Origin: Burkholderiales bacterium
GTDB taxonomy: Bacteria > Pseudomonadota > Gammaproteobacteria > Burkholderiales > SG8-41
Assembly: GCA_038316355.1 (NCBI GenBank)
Contig: JBBQAO010000011.1
Coordinates: forward strand, 858 to 64,857
DNA: 64,000 bases
Direction: 5' to 3'
Numbering within the stretch: the stretch's first letter is position 1; every line of letters starts with the position of its first letter. Below, piece by piece: positions 20,600 to 29,300 of this stretch. The position numbers and the translations under genes are program-made. A model generated the notes under the pieces. The model saw nothing but the letters and a program-made list of their open reading frames with translations, had not been told where the DNA came from and made no database searches.

Positions 20600-20893
20600 A
20601 TGAACAAACTGCTGACCACCCTGCTTGCCGCGACCTTTGCCGCAATGACCTTCAATGCTGTTGCCCAGACCACCCCGGCAACGCCGGCGACCCCGGCCGC
20701 CCCGGCGAAATCCGACGCAGCGAAAGCGGCTCCGGCAGCGCCTGCTGCTGCAGCGAAGTCGGAAGCGCCGAAAAAAGCCAAGGCTGACAAGCCGAAAAAA
20801 GCCAAAGCCGACAAGCCGAAAAAAGCCAAGGCCGACAAGCCGAAAAAAGCCAAAGCGCCCAAAGCGGAAGCTGCTCCGGCACCGGCGAAGTAA
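20600..20893 (+). CDS. Small secreted Lys/Ala/Pro-rich repeat protein
   Basis: Signal peptide MNKLLTTLLAATFAAMTFNAVAQ, then PATPATPAAPAK... and KKAKADKP x3. GGAGAAAA Shine-Dalgarno upstream and a terminator downstream. Confidence 0.6.
   Translation: MNKLLTTLLAATFAAMTFNAVAQTTPATPATPAAPAKSDAAKAAPAAPAAAAKSEAPKKAKADKPKKAKADKPKKAKADKPKKAKAPKAEAAPAPAK
20771..20842 (+). repeat. Three tandem 24-bp coding repeats (AAAAAAGCCAARGCYGACAAGCCG)
   Basis: Read directly. Each unit encodes KKAKADKP. Confidence 0.85.
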
Positions 20894-20938
20894 GCACCTA
20901 GTACACGGCCGCCGGTTTCGGCGGCACGCTACAATTGA

Positions 20939-20972
20939 GAAGGCAGGCGCCATGCGCCTGCCTTCTTTTTTT
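20939..20972 (+). terminator. Intrinsic terminator
   Basis: GAAGGCAGGCGC-cat-GCGCCTGCCTTC followed by TTTTTTT. Confidence 0.8.
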
Positions 20973-21046
20973 GCTGTGCAGCCGGACTGGAGTTAGTACT
21001 CACTTTGATGTCGCTTCCAGCATCTTAATTAATTATTTTAAAATCA

Positions 21047-22183
21047 ATGACTTATATAGACTCTCAAAGTGGCGCCCGATATCCGTCCACCGTAGTCAGG
21101 TGGTGTGGTGACAGCGGTGCTTACCTCAATCTCGCGCCCGGGCCGGGACTGAAACGCGACGCGATCAACCGGCACGACCGTTCCGTGTGGCGTTATGCGC
21201 AGGCCATCAATGTGGATGCGCGCAAAGCGGTGTCGCTGGGCGAAGGCGGCACGCCCTTGCTCAGCCGCGAGTGGGGCGGTGTAGCGGTGCGTTTCAAGCT
21301 CGAGTTCATGATGCCCACCGGTTCGTTCAAGGATCGCGGCATGACGGTGATGGTCAGTTATCTGAAAAGCTGCGGCATTGATCACGTGCTGGAGGATTCA
21401 TCAGGTAATGCCGGCGCGTCGCTGTCGGCCTATGCGGCGGCGGCGGGCATGCGCTGCCGCATCCTGGTGCCGGAAACTGCGTCTTATCCGAAGATTGCGC
21501 AGATTGCCGCCTGCGGCGCCGACGTGGTGACGGTGCCGGGCACGCGCCAGGACGTCGCCGATGCCGCAATGCGCATGAGCAACGAAATTTTTTATGCCAG
21601 TCACAACTGGCAGCCGTTTTTCATCGAAGGCACCAAAACGCTGGCCTACGAATTGTGGGAGACGCTGGGTTTTCGCGCGCCGGACAACGTGGTGACACCG
21701 CTGGGTTATGGCAGCAACGTGCTCGGCCTTGATCGTGGTTTTGACGAGCTGCTGCGCAACGGCGAAATCAAAAAACGGCCGCGCATTTTCGGCGTGCAGG
21801 CGGCGAATTGTGCGCCCTGCCATGCGGCGTGGCAGGCGGGCGGCGAGTCGCCGGTGCCGACCGCCATCAGTCCGACCGTGGCCGAAGGCATCGCCTCGTC
21901 GCAGCCGACACGGTTGCGCGAAGTGTTGCGCGCGGTGCGTGGCTCCGAAGGTGCCATTGCCGCGGTCAGCGAAACCGAAATCGTCGATGCGCTGCGCGGG
22001 CTCGCCAATATGGGGTTTTATGTGGAACCGACCTGCGCGGCTGCCGCTGCAGGATTGACCCAATTGCTGGCTTCAGGTGCTATTCGCCGTGATGAAGAAA
22101 CCGTCTTGGTACTGACTGGCAGCGGGCTGAAAAGCTCAGAACGTATCGGCCAGTTGCTGAAACTGCAGCCGCGCATGTTGTAA
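21047..22183 (+). CDS. Threonine-synthase-like PLP-dependent enzyme (PALP fold)
   Basis: FKLEFMMPTGSFKDRG (Lys-PLP motif) and EDSSGNAGASLSAYAAAAG. Confidence 0.75.
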   Translation: MTYIDSQSGARYPSTVVRWCGDSGAYLNLAPGPGLKRDAINRHDRSVWRYAQAINVDARKAVSLGEGGTPLLSREWGGVAVRFKLEFMMPTGSFKDRGMTVMVSYLKSCGIDHVLEDSSGNAGASLSAYAAAAGMRCRILVPETASYPKIAQIAACGADVVTVPGTRQDVADAAMRMSNEIFYASHNWQPFFIEGTKTLAYELWETLGFRAPDNVVTPLGYGSNVLGLDRGFDELLRNGEIKKRPRIFGVQAANCAPCHAAWQAGGESPVPTAISPTVAEGIASSQPTRLREVLRAVRGSEGAIAAVSETEIVDALRGLANMGFYVEPTCAAAAAGLTQLLASGAIRRDEETVLVLTGSGLKSSERIGQLLKLQPRML

Positions 22184-22318
22184 CGCTGCGGCTGTGACGC
22201 AGTACCACGCGGTCGCATGTTGGACCGGCGTTGTCGTTCTTGACACGGCGAATGCCGGGCGCATAGATTCAGACCCTTCGATTTTATTTTCGATCCGTTA
22301 ACGAAGGGCAATGCCGTC

Positions 22319-23470
22319 ATGAAAATCACTGCTGTCAAAAGTTATGCCGTGCATCCCGGCTGGCGCAAGAACCTCATTTTCGTCAAAGTTGAAACCGATG
22401 CCGGCATCCACGGCTGGGGTGAAGCCTATTCGCAGTACGACCGCGACACCGCGGTGATGGCACAGCTCAATGCGCTGGGGCCGTATCTCGTCGGTCGCAG
22501 CCCCTTCGACATCAAACATTTCACCCAGTTTGCCTTCGACGATTACGCGGCGCGCCGCGGTTCGGTGGAGTTGTTCTGCGCGATCAGCGGTATCGAGCAG
22601 GCGCTGTGGGACATCGTTGGCAAGGCGACGAAGCAGCCGGTGTACAACCTGCTCGGCGGCAAATACCGCGACAAGATCCGCGTCTATGCCAACGGCTGGA
22701 GTTACGGCATGAAGGAGCCTGCGGACTATGCACGCGCCGCTGAAAAAGTGGTGAAGCAGGGTTTTACCGCGATGAAGTTCGATCCGCTGCCGTCGCCGTG
22801 GCGCAGCTGGATTCCCAAGGAACATGAAAAGCGCGCGATCAGCGTGGTGAAAGCGATCCGCGATGCGGTCGGTCCTGATATCGATCTGCTGATCGAGCAG
22901 CACCGGCGCCTCGCGCCGATGCACGCGATCCGGCTCGACAAACAGCTCGCTGAATTCGATCTGTACTGGATGGAAGAATCCTGTCAGGCAGAGTTCCCCG
23001 ACGAGCTGGCGCAGATCCGCCGCGAGATCGGTGTGCCGGTGGTGATCGGTGAGGCGACTTACACCAAGACCGGTTTCCGGCCGCTGCTGGAAAAACGTTC
23101 GGCCGATATTCTGAATCCCGACGTTGCCTGCGTCGGCGGCATATTGGAGCTCAAGGAAATCGCCGCAATGGCGGAATCCTTCCTGGTTGCCATGTCACCG
23201 CACAATTACAACTCGACGCTGGTGGCGCTGGCATCGACGGTGCACGCGTCGGCAACCATGCCCAACTTCATCATCACCGAATATTTCCTGCCCTTCGTCG
23301 ATTTCTGCGACACGATTTCGCCGAACCAGCTGAAGCCGAAAAACGGTTATATTGAATTGCCGACCGCGCCGGGCTTGGGCATTGATGTTGATGAAGAAGC
23401 GCTGAAAAAGCATCCGGCCAAGGTGTACCCACAACGCAAGCTGCGCACCCCGGCCGATGAGGGCCCGTAA
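22319..23470 (+). CDS. Enolase-superfamily enzyme (mandelate racemase/galactonate dehydratase-like)
   Basis: MKITAVKSY....IFVKVETDAGIHGWGEA, ALWDIVGKATKQPVYNLLGG, and metal-ligand regions (DLLIEQH, MEES). Confidence 0.85.
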   Translation: MKITAVKSYAVHPGWRKNLIFVKVETDAGIHGWGEAYSQYDRDTAVMAQLNALGPYLVGRSPFDIKHFTQFAFDDYAARRGSVELFCAISGIEQALWDIVGKATKQPVYNLLGGKYRDKIRVYANGWSYGMKEPADYARAAEKVVKQGFTAMKFDPLPSPWRSWIPKEHEKRAISVVKAIRDAVGPDIDLLIEQHRRLAPMHAIRLDKQLAEFDLYWMEESCQAEFPDELAQIRREIGVPVVIGEATYTKTGFRPLLEKRSADILNPDVACVGGILELKEIAAMAESFLVAMSPHNYNSTLVALASTVHASATMPNFIITEYFLPFVDFCDTISPNQLKPKNGYIELPTAPGLGIDVDEEALKKHPAKVYPQRKLRTPADEGP

Positions 23471-23510
23471 AGCAGCACCTTAAAATAATAATAAAATCAA
23501 TGAATTACGT

Positions 23511-23540
23511 GTTTACCGCCACCTTCAGGTGGCAGTAAAC
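23511..23540. terminator. Hairpin between convergent genes
   Basis: GTTTACCGCCACC-ttca-GGTGGCAGTAAAC with one mismatch. The loop contains the CapA stop codon. There is no clear U-tract. Confidence 0.4.
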
Positions 23541-24568
23541 ACGGCCTTGTTGCCGTCCATCCTGATTGCGGTGTTGAATTTCGCGCTGCTCTTGCGCAAG
23601 ACTTCCAGCGCCGCCTGTTCACTGGCCAGATCGCAGATCACGGTTTCGTTGTGATCGTTGTGGCGGACGAATTCGAAGGACGCGCTTTCACAGTTTCTGC
23701 CGTTCAGCTGCACCCGCGCCAGCATGCCGATCCAGTTGCCGTGCTGGATGCCGCCATGGCCGGTGTGAAACGAGAAACTGCCGAGGCCGTAAAACACCGG
23801 CTTGCCTTTGTAGATTTCCACCGGCAGCGAATAGTGCGGGCCGTGGCCGATGACGATGTCGGCGCCGGCATCGATCACGGCATGGGCGATCTCGGTCATG
23901 TAATCGAGCACGTCTTCCTTGAGGCCCCAGTGCTGTGAGGCGACCAGCACATCCACTTCCTTGCGCAGTGCGGTGATTTCAGCGACGTACTCGGCGAGGT
24001 ATTTCGGGTCAGCCCAGGTCACGATCACCGGCGGCACGCCGGGGCGGTTGGACGGCGGCATGTCCTGGCGGGTCTTGTGCAGCGGCAACTGGTACGCGGT
24101 ATTGCCGCGCAAGGCGGCAACCCCGGTGGAGTGTTCACCGGCTTCGTGATTGGTCGGCCAGTAGACGGAAGTGCGCTGCACGAAGCCGTAACGTACGCCA
24201 TTGCGGGTGATGATCACCGGCTTGCGCGCCTGCGCGCGATTGAGTCCGGTGCCGGTGACAGGGATGCCGAGTTTTTCCAGTTCGCGCAGCGAGGATTTGA
24301 TGGCCTCGGCGCCGTAATTGACGTTATTGGCATTGCCGATGGCGTGATAACCGGCGATTTTCAGCGCCTGGCCTGCGGCCGGAGCGGCATAAAAACCTTC
24401 ATCCGTTACCGATACTTCGGCGGAGGGCTGATACAGGCAGCATTCCAGGTTGCCGAACAGCACGTCGGCGCTGCGCAGGGTGTCGACGACGCGCGAGAGC
24501 GGCAGTGTGGGGTCGGCTACATTCATCAGGTTGATGTCGCCAGTGAACATCATCAGCGTACTGCTCAT
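23525..24568 (-). CDS. CapA-family (PGA_cap, metallophosphatase-like) protein
   Basis: FTGDINL, FGNLEC, GNANNVNYG, LVASQHWG, VIGHGPHY, YGLGSFSF. Confidence 0.8.
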   Translation of the reverse strand: MSSTLMMFTGDINLMNVADPTLPLSRVVDTLRSADVLFGNLECCLYQPSAEVSVTDEGFYAAPAAGQALKIAGYHAIGNANNVNYGAEAIKSSLRELEKLGIPVTGTGLNRAQARKPVIITRNGVRYGFVQRTSVYWPTNHEAGEHSTGVAALRGNTAYQLPLHKTRQDMPPSNRPGVPPVIVTWADPKYLAEYVAEITALRKEVDVLVASQHWGLKEDVLDYMTEIAHAVIDAGADIVIGHGPHYSLPVEIYKGKPVFYGLGSFSFHTGHGGIQHGNWIGMLARVQLNGRNCESASFEFVRHNDHNETVICDLASEQAALEVLRKSSAKFNTAIRMDGNKAVFTAT

Positions 24569-24797
24569 GCTTGTTTCTCTCCAGGGTTGTGATGTGAATC
24601 GCGCCGTATGCGCGATACGAGAACATGGGTTTATCGCCTGGAGGCGGGTGCGTCAAGCTTGCGCGAACCTTGCGGATCCGCGCCGCCGGGCACATTTTGT
24701 GATGCAGATCACGGCCGTCCTGGAAAAAATCCGCTTCGCCTTAGTTATTCTAATTCGTTCGACAATAAAATTTATATTGCGAAGCAGCAAAAACCGC

Positions 24798-24825
24798 TTG
24801 ACGGCCAAATTGGTGATGGCAAAAT
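24798..24825 (+). promoter_or_regulatory. Candidate sigma70 promoter of the putative sRNA
   Basis: TTGACG (24798-24803), 16-bp spacer, CAAAAT (24820-24825). Confidence 0.35.
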
Positions 24826-24831
24826 AGCACC

Positions 24832-24926
24832 TGTGTTGGGTGTCTTTACAGACATCGGCACACATCCTCCAAAACCTCCTCCTTTGGTGGAACTTCAGCG
24901 CAACCCTCCGGGGTTGCGCTTTTTTT
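24832..24926 (+). ncRNA. Candidate small RNA (about 95 nt) with CU-rich anti-SD-like motifs
   Basis: A promoter-like element lies upstream. Internal hairpin TGTCT-ttac-AGACA, the single-stranded-looking CAUCCUCCAAAACCUCCUCC stretch, and a strong terminator GCGCAACCC-tccg-GGGTTGCGC plus T7. No plausible ORF. Confidence 0.4.
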
Positions 24927-25292
24927 GTGCTGTCGATGCGGCAACGCAACATACTAGTGGAAAACGACAAGTAACGCTGTACCTTCCATCAGCTGAACCG
25001 CTGTGCCCCGGGCTTGAAGTGGTAGGCCCTGAGTCACCGAAAGTGGCGGAGAAAGGCGGCAGTGGAGCGTGCGTGATGCTGTTGCAGAACAGGGGACAGC
25101 AACCATGAAAATGCATGGTGCTGCAGTGCGGGGTCGTCATAGTGCTTTGGTATACTCGATTTGCAGCAATATTCCGCGGCAATATTTCCGGAGTCATTCG
25201 CCCTGGCGCGAGGGTCATGTGCCGAGGTCTTTCCCGATTAAAACCTGTATGCGGTATTCGCCGCCCCCGCGGTTTGTGCAATCGCGGGTTTA

Positions 25293-25306
25293 TTGACTGC
25301 GGTCAA
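25293..25306. promoter_or_regulatory. FixK/Fnr-type palindrome TTGACTGCGGTCAA upstream of sucC
   Basis: Perfect inverted half-sites TTGAC/GTCAA. It lies 23 bp upstream of TAGATT (25330-25335), which is class II activator geometry. Confidence 0.45.
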
Positions 25307-25337
25307 GGCTGGCGTTACAGCCGCTGTAATAGATTTG

Positions 25338-25367
25338 GCGTCCCTGCGGAACCGGGACGCTTTTTTT
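25338..25367 (+). terminator. Intrinsic terminator 30 nt before the sucC start
   Basis: GCGTCCC-tgcggaacc-GGGACGC followed by TTTTTTT. Confidence 0.65.
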
Positions 25368-25396
25368 AACGAGCGCATTTGACGCGGATCAGAATA

Positions 25397-26566
25397 ATGA
25401 AAATTCACGAGTACCAGGCCAAAGAACTGCTGCGCAAATACGGCGTGCCCACGCCGCGCGGCATCCCCTGCTTCAGCGTTGACGAAGCCGTCAGCGCCGC
25501 CGCCAAACTCGGCGGCAGCGTGTGGGTCGTCAAGGCGCAGATCCATGCCGGCGGTCGCGGCAAGGGCGGTGGTGTCAAAGTCGCCAAGTCGCCGGCTGAG
25601 GTGAAAACCTATGCCAGCAGCATCCTCGGCATGCAGCTGAAGACTCACCAGACCGGCCCCGAAGGACAGAAGGTGCGGCGGCTGCTGATCGAAGAAGGCG
25701 CCGACATCAAGAAGGAACTGTATGTCGGCATGGTGATCGACCGCGGCACGCAGCGCGTGGTGCTGATGGCCTCCAGCGAAGGCGGCATGGACATCGAGGA
25801 AGTGGCAGCGCATACCCCGGAAAAAATCCACAAGATCGCGATTGACCCGGTGAAAGGGCTGACCGATGGCGACGCCGATGCGGTGGCGGGCAAGATCGGC
25901 GTCCCGGCGGCGTCAGTGCCGCAGGCGCGCGCGTTGCTGCAGGCTTTATACAAGGCGTTCGACGAAACCGATGCCTCGCTGGCCGAAATCAATCCGCTGA
26001 TCCTCACCGGCGACGGCAAGGTGATCGCGCTGGATGCCAAGATCGATTTCGACGGCAACGCGCTGTTTCGCCATCCCGACCTGGTCGCGTTGCGCGACCT
26101 CGATGAAGAGGATCCCGCGGAAGTCGAGGCCTCCAAACACGATCTTAATTACATCCAGCTCGACGGCAACATCGGCTGCCTGGTCAACGGCGCCGGCCTC
26201 GCGATGGCGTCGATGGACATCATCAAGCTCTACGGCGGCAGTCCCGCCAACTTCCTCGACGTCGGCGGCAGCGCCACCGCGGAGAAAGTCACCGAAGCGT
26301 TCAAGATCATGCTGCGCAACCCGCAGCTGAAAGCGATCCTGGTGAACATTTTCGGTGGAATCATGAAGTGCGATGTCATCGCGCAGGGCGTGGTGGCTGC
26401 GGCGCGGCAGGTCAGCCTCAGCGTGCCGCTGGTGGTGCGCCTCGAAGGCACCAACGTCGATCTCGGCAAGAAAATCCTCGCCGAATCCGGGTTGCCGATC
26501 ATTTCCGCGAACAACATGGCTGATGCCGCGCTGAAAGTCGTTGCTGCAGCGAAGGGGAAGAACTGA
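25397..26566 (+). CDS. sucC: Succinyl-CoA ligase (ADP-forming) beta subunit
   Basis: [63 protein letters not shown]. Confidence 0.95.
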   Translation: MKIHEYQAKELLRKYGVPTPRGIPCFSVDEAVSAAAKLGGSVWVVKAQIHAGGRGKGGGVKVAKSPAEVKTYASSILGMQLKTHQTGPEGQKVRRLLIEEGADIKKELYVGMVIDRGTQRVVLMASSEGGMDIEEVAAHTPEKIHKIAIDPVKGLTDGDADAVAGKIGVPAASVPQARALLQALYKAFDETDASLAEINPLILTGDGKVIALDAKIDFDGNALFRHPDLVALRDLDEEDPAEVEASKHDLNYIQLDGNIGCLVNGAGLAMASMDIIKLYGGSPANFLDVGGSATAEKVTEAFKIMLRNPQLKAILVNIFGGIMKCDVIAQGVVAAARQVSLSVPLVVRLEGTNVDLGKKILAESGLPIISANNMADAALKVVAAAKGKN

Positions 26567-27450
26567 TGTCCATCCTGATCAATAAAAACTCCCGGGTCAT
26601 GACCCAGGGCATCACCGGCAAGACGGGGATGTTTCATACCAAGACCGGCAAGGAATACGCCAACGGCAAAAATTGTTATGTCGCCGGTGTGACGCCGAAA
26701 AAGGGCGGCCAGAGTTACGAAGGCATTCCGATTTTCAATTCGGTGCGCGAAGCGAAAGATGCGACCGGCGCGAATGTTTCGGTGATCTACGTGCCGCCGC
26801 CCTATGCCGCCGCGGCGATCGAGGAGGCGGTGGATGCGCAACTGGAACTGGTGATCTGCATTACCGAAGGCATTCCGGTGCGCGACATGGTCCGTCTCAA
26901 ATACAAGATGGAGCAACAGTGCAGCAAGACGCTGCTGATCGGCCCCAACTGCCCTGGCGTGATCACGCCCGACGAAATCAAGATCGGCATCATGCCCGGC
27001 CATATCCATAAAAAAGGCCCGATCGGCGTGGTGTCGCGCTCTGGCACACTGACCTATGAAGCGGTCGGCCAGTTGATGGAAATCGGCCTCGGCCAGTCGT
27101 CCTGCGTCGGTATCGGCGGCGACCCGGTGAATGGCTTAAAGCACATCGATGTGATGAAAATGTTCAACGATGATCCGCAGACGGAAGCGGTGATCATGGT
27201 CGGCGAAATAGGCGGCTCGAACGAGGAAGAGTGCGCGCGCTGGATCAAGACCAATATGAAAAAACCCGTGGTCGGTTTCATCGCCGGCGTGACGGCCCCC
27301 CCGGGCAAACGCATGGGCCATGCCGGCGCGATTATTTCCGGCGGCAAGGGCACTGCGGAAGAAAAACTTGCGGTGATGGAAGAGTGTGGCATCAAGACCA
27401 CCAAGAATCCCGCCGAAATGGGCAGGTTGTTGCAGTCGGTGCTTAAATAA
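26566..27450 (+). CDS. sucD: Succinyl-CoA ligase alpha subunit
   Basis: [31 protein letters not shown], and the phosphohistidine loop [14 protein letters not shown]. Start overlaps the sucC stop. Confidence 0.95.
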   Translation: MSILINKNSRVMTQGITGKTGMFHTKTGKEYANGKNCYVAGVTPKKGGQSYEGIPIFNSVREAKDATGANVSVIYVPPPYAAAAIEEAVDAQLELVICITEGIPVRDMVRLKYKMEQQCSKTLLIGPNCPGVITPDEIKIGIMPGHIHKKGPIGVVSRSGTLTYEAVGQLMEIGLGQSSCVGIGGDPVNGLKHIDVMKMFNDDPQTEAVIMVGEIGGSNEEECARWIKTNMKKPVVGFIAGVTAPPGKRMGHAGAIISGGKGTAEEKLAVMEECGIKTTKNPAEMGRLLQSVLK

Positions 27451-27524
27451 ATCCGGTGTTGTAAGCAGGAGCTACGGCGGATGTCGGCGCGATAAACGAT
27501 AGAGATAAGTGAGGAGCAGAGATT

Positions 27525-29222
27525 TTGGAAGGTGGCATCGTGAAGCGCGGCAAACGTAACCGTGGGTCCCTCAGGGGACGCGCGGTGGATACGCGTGCGT
27601 TGACGCAAGTGCAGGCCTTGCTGGCAGAAGCGCAGCACGAGACCGGCGTCGAGCCGCGGCGCCGCGACCTGCTGATCGAAAATCTGCACCGCATCCAGGA
27701 TCGCTACGGCCACATTGCCGCTGCGCACATCGTCGCACTGGCGCGTGAAATGAAGCTGGCGATGACCGAGGTTTATGAAGTTGCCACCTTCTATCACCAC
27801 TTTGATGTGGTGAAGGAAGGCGATAAAGCGCCGCCGGCATTGACGGTGCGCGTCTGTGATTCGTTGTCCTGCGAGCTGTCCGGCGCAGGCGCGTTGATGA
27901 CCGGTCTGAAAAAAGCGCTGGGTGATGGCGTGCGCGTGATCCCGGCGCCCTGCGTCGGTCGCTGCGAGCAGGCACCGGTGGCGGTGGTCGGGCAGAATCC
28001 GGTGGCGCAGGCCACTGTTGATAAAGTCAAAACGCTGGTGGCTGCGAAAAAGACGCATTGTGCTGTCGGCAAGTACGTGGCGTATGCCGAGTATCGCAAG
28101 CAGGGCGGTTACACCATCCCGGCGGAATGCCTGGCCGGCAAACGCGATGCGGAAACCCTGATCAAGACCATGGAAAATTCCAGCCTGCGCGGTTTGGGCG
28201 GCGCGGGTTTTCCGACGGGGCGCAAATGGCGCATTGTGCGTGGCGAAAAGGGCCCGCGCGTGATGGCGATCAACATCGACGAGGGCGAACCCGGCACGTT
28301 CAAGGATCGCCATTATCTGGAAACCGATCCGCATCGTTTTCTCGAAGGTATGCTGATTGCGGCATGGACCGTACAGGTGTCCGAGGTCTATATCTACCTG
28401 CGCGATGAGTACGCCGGTGTGCGCGCCATTTTCAAAAAAGAAATCAAGGCGCTGCAGGCCGATCCGCCGTGCCCGCTGCCGCCGATATTCCTGCGTCGTG
28501 GTGCCGGCGCCTATATCTGCGGTGAAGAATCCGCGATGATCGAATCCATCGAAGGCAAACGCGGCATGCCGCGGTTGCGACCGCCGTACGTGGCACAGGT
28601 CGGTTTGTTCGGTTACCCGACGCTCGAACACAACATGGAAACCCTGCACTGGGTGCGCGAAATCCTCGAAAAAGGTGCCGACTGGTTTGCCGGTCATGGC
28701 CGTAACGGTCGCAAGGGGCTGCGTTCGTTTTCGGTATCGGGTCGTGTGCAGAAGCCTGGCGTACATCTCGCGCCGGCGGGCATCACCGTTAAAGAGCTGA
28801 TTGCCGAGTATTGCGGCGGCATGTTGCCGGGACACGAGTTTTACGGCTATCTGCCGGGCGGGGCATCCGGCGGCATCCTGCCGGCGTCGTTGGGGGATGT
28901 GCCGCTGGATTTCGACACGCTGCATCCCCACGGCTCATTTATCGGTTCCGCGGCGGTAATTATTTTGTCGGATCAGGACAAGGCCAGCGGTGCTGCGCGC
29001 AACATCATGAAATTTTTCGCCGAGGAATCCTGCGGCCAGTGCACGCCCTGCCGTGTTGGCACCGCGAAGGCGCTGCAATTGATGGAGTCGCCGAGCTGGG
29101 ATCAGGGACTGCTCGAAGAACTGTCGGCGGCGATGGCCGATGCCTCGATCTGCGGCCTGGGCCAGGCGGCGCCCAATCCGATCCGCACGGTAATGAAATA
29201 TTTTTCCAAGGAAATTCTGTGA
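27525..29222 (+). CDS. NAD-dependent formate dehydrogenase, fused gamma-beta (NuoE-like plus NuoF-like) subunit
   Basis: The N-terminal NuoE-like part (VATFYHHF..VRVCDSLSC..APCVGRCEQAP) is fused to a NuoF-like part (GLGGAGFPTGRKW, YICGEESAMIESIEGKRG, ESCGQCTPCRVG). The start (TTG) is uncertain. Confidence 0.85.
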   Translation: MEGGIVKRGKRNRGSLRGRAVDTRALTQVQALLAEAQHETGVEPRRRDLLIENLHRIQDRYGHIAAAHIVALAREMKLAMTEVYEVATFYHHFDVVKEGDKAPPALTVRVCDSLSCELSGAGALMTGLKKALGDGVRVIPAPCVGRCEQAPVAVVGQNPVAQATVDKVKTLVAAKKTHCAVGKYVAYAEYRKQGGYTIPAECLAGKRDAETLIKTMENSSLRGLGGAGFPTGRKWRIVRGEKGPRVMAINIDEGEPGTFKDRHYLETDPHRFLEGMLIAAWTVQVSEVYIYLRDEYAGVRAIFKKEIKALQADPPCPLPPIFLRRGAGAYICGEESAMIESIEGKRGMPRLRPPYVAQVGLFGYPTLEHNMETLHWVREILEKGADWFAGHGRNGRKGLRSFSVSGRVQKPGVHLAPAGITVKELIAEYCGGMLPGHEFYGYLPGGASGGILPASLGDVPLDFDTLHPHGSFIGSAAVIILSDQDKASGAARNIMKFFAEESCGQCTPCRVGTAKALQLMESPSWDQGLLEELSAAMADASICGLGQAAPNPIRTVMKYFSKEIL

Positions 29223-29300
29223 AGGCGTGAATGAGTGAAGGCGTGAACGGGGTGCCCCTTTCACACCTTTACGTCTTCACTCCTTCACCGGGAGTAATCC

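Noticed and set aside
24927-25367. Known housekeeping RNAs (tmRNA, RNase P RNA, 6S RNA, 4.5S/SRP RNA, cobalamin riboswitch) in the long spacer upstream of sucC
   Set aside because: I could not find the diagnostic strings: GGAAAGTCCGG for RNase P, a tRNA-like GGGG...TCCACCA end or a tag ORF ending in ALAA for tmRNA, the SRP GGAA tetraloop helix, or a B12 box. The region is kept as unexplained rather than assigned.
25397-27450. sucCD as malate thiokinase (mtkAB) of a serine-cycle/C1 cluster
   Set aside because: The proteins look like orthodox betaproteobacterial SucC/SucD (for example [15 protein letters not shown] and the near-identical N-terminus I recall for Burkholderia SucC). No malyl-CoA lyase, hydroxypyruvate reductase or serine-glyoxylate aminotransferase genes are nearby. 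This needs phylogeny for full certainty.
27054-28931. 625-aa minus-strand ORF opposite sucD/fdsGB (similarly 30978..32153 and 32200..34107 opposite fdsA and fhs)
   Set aside because: Same reasoning. The plus-strand products are highly conserved enzymes, and the antisense translations have no family resemblance.
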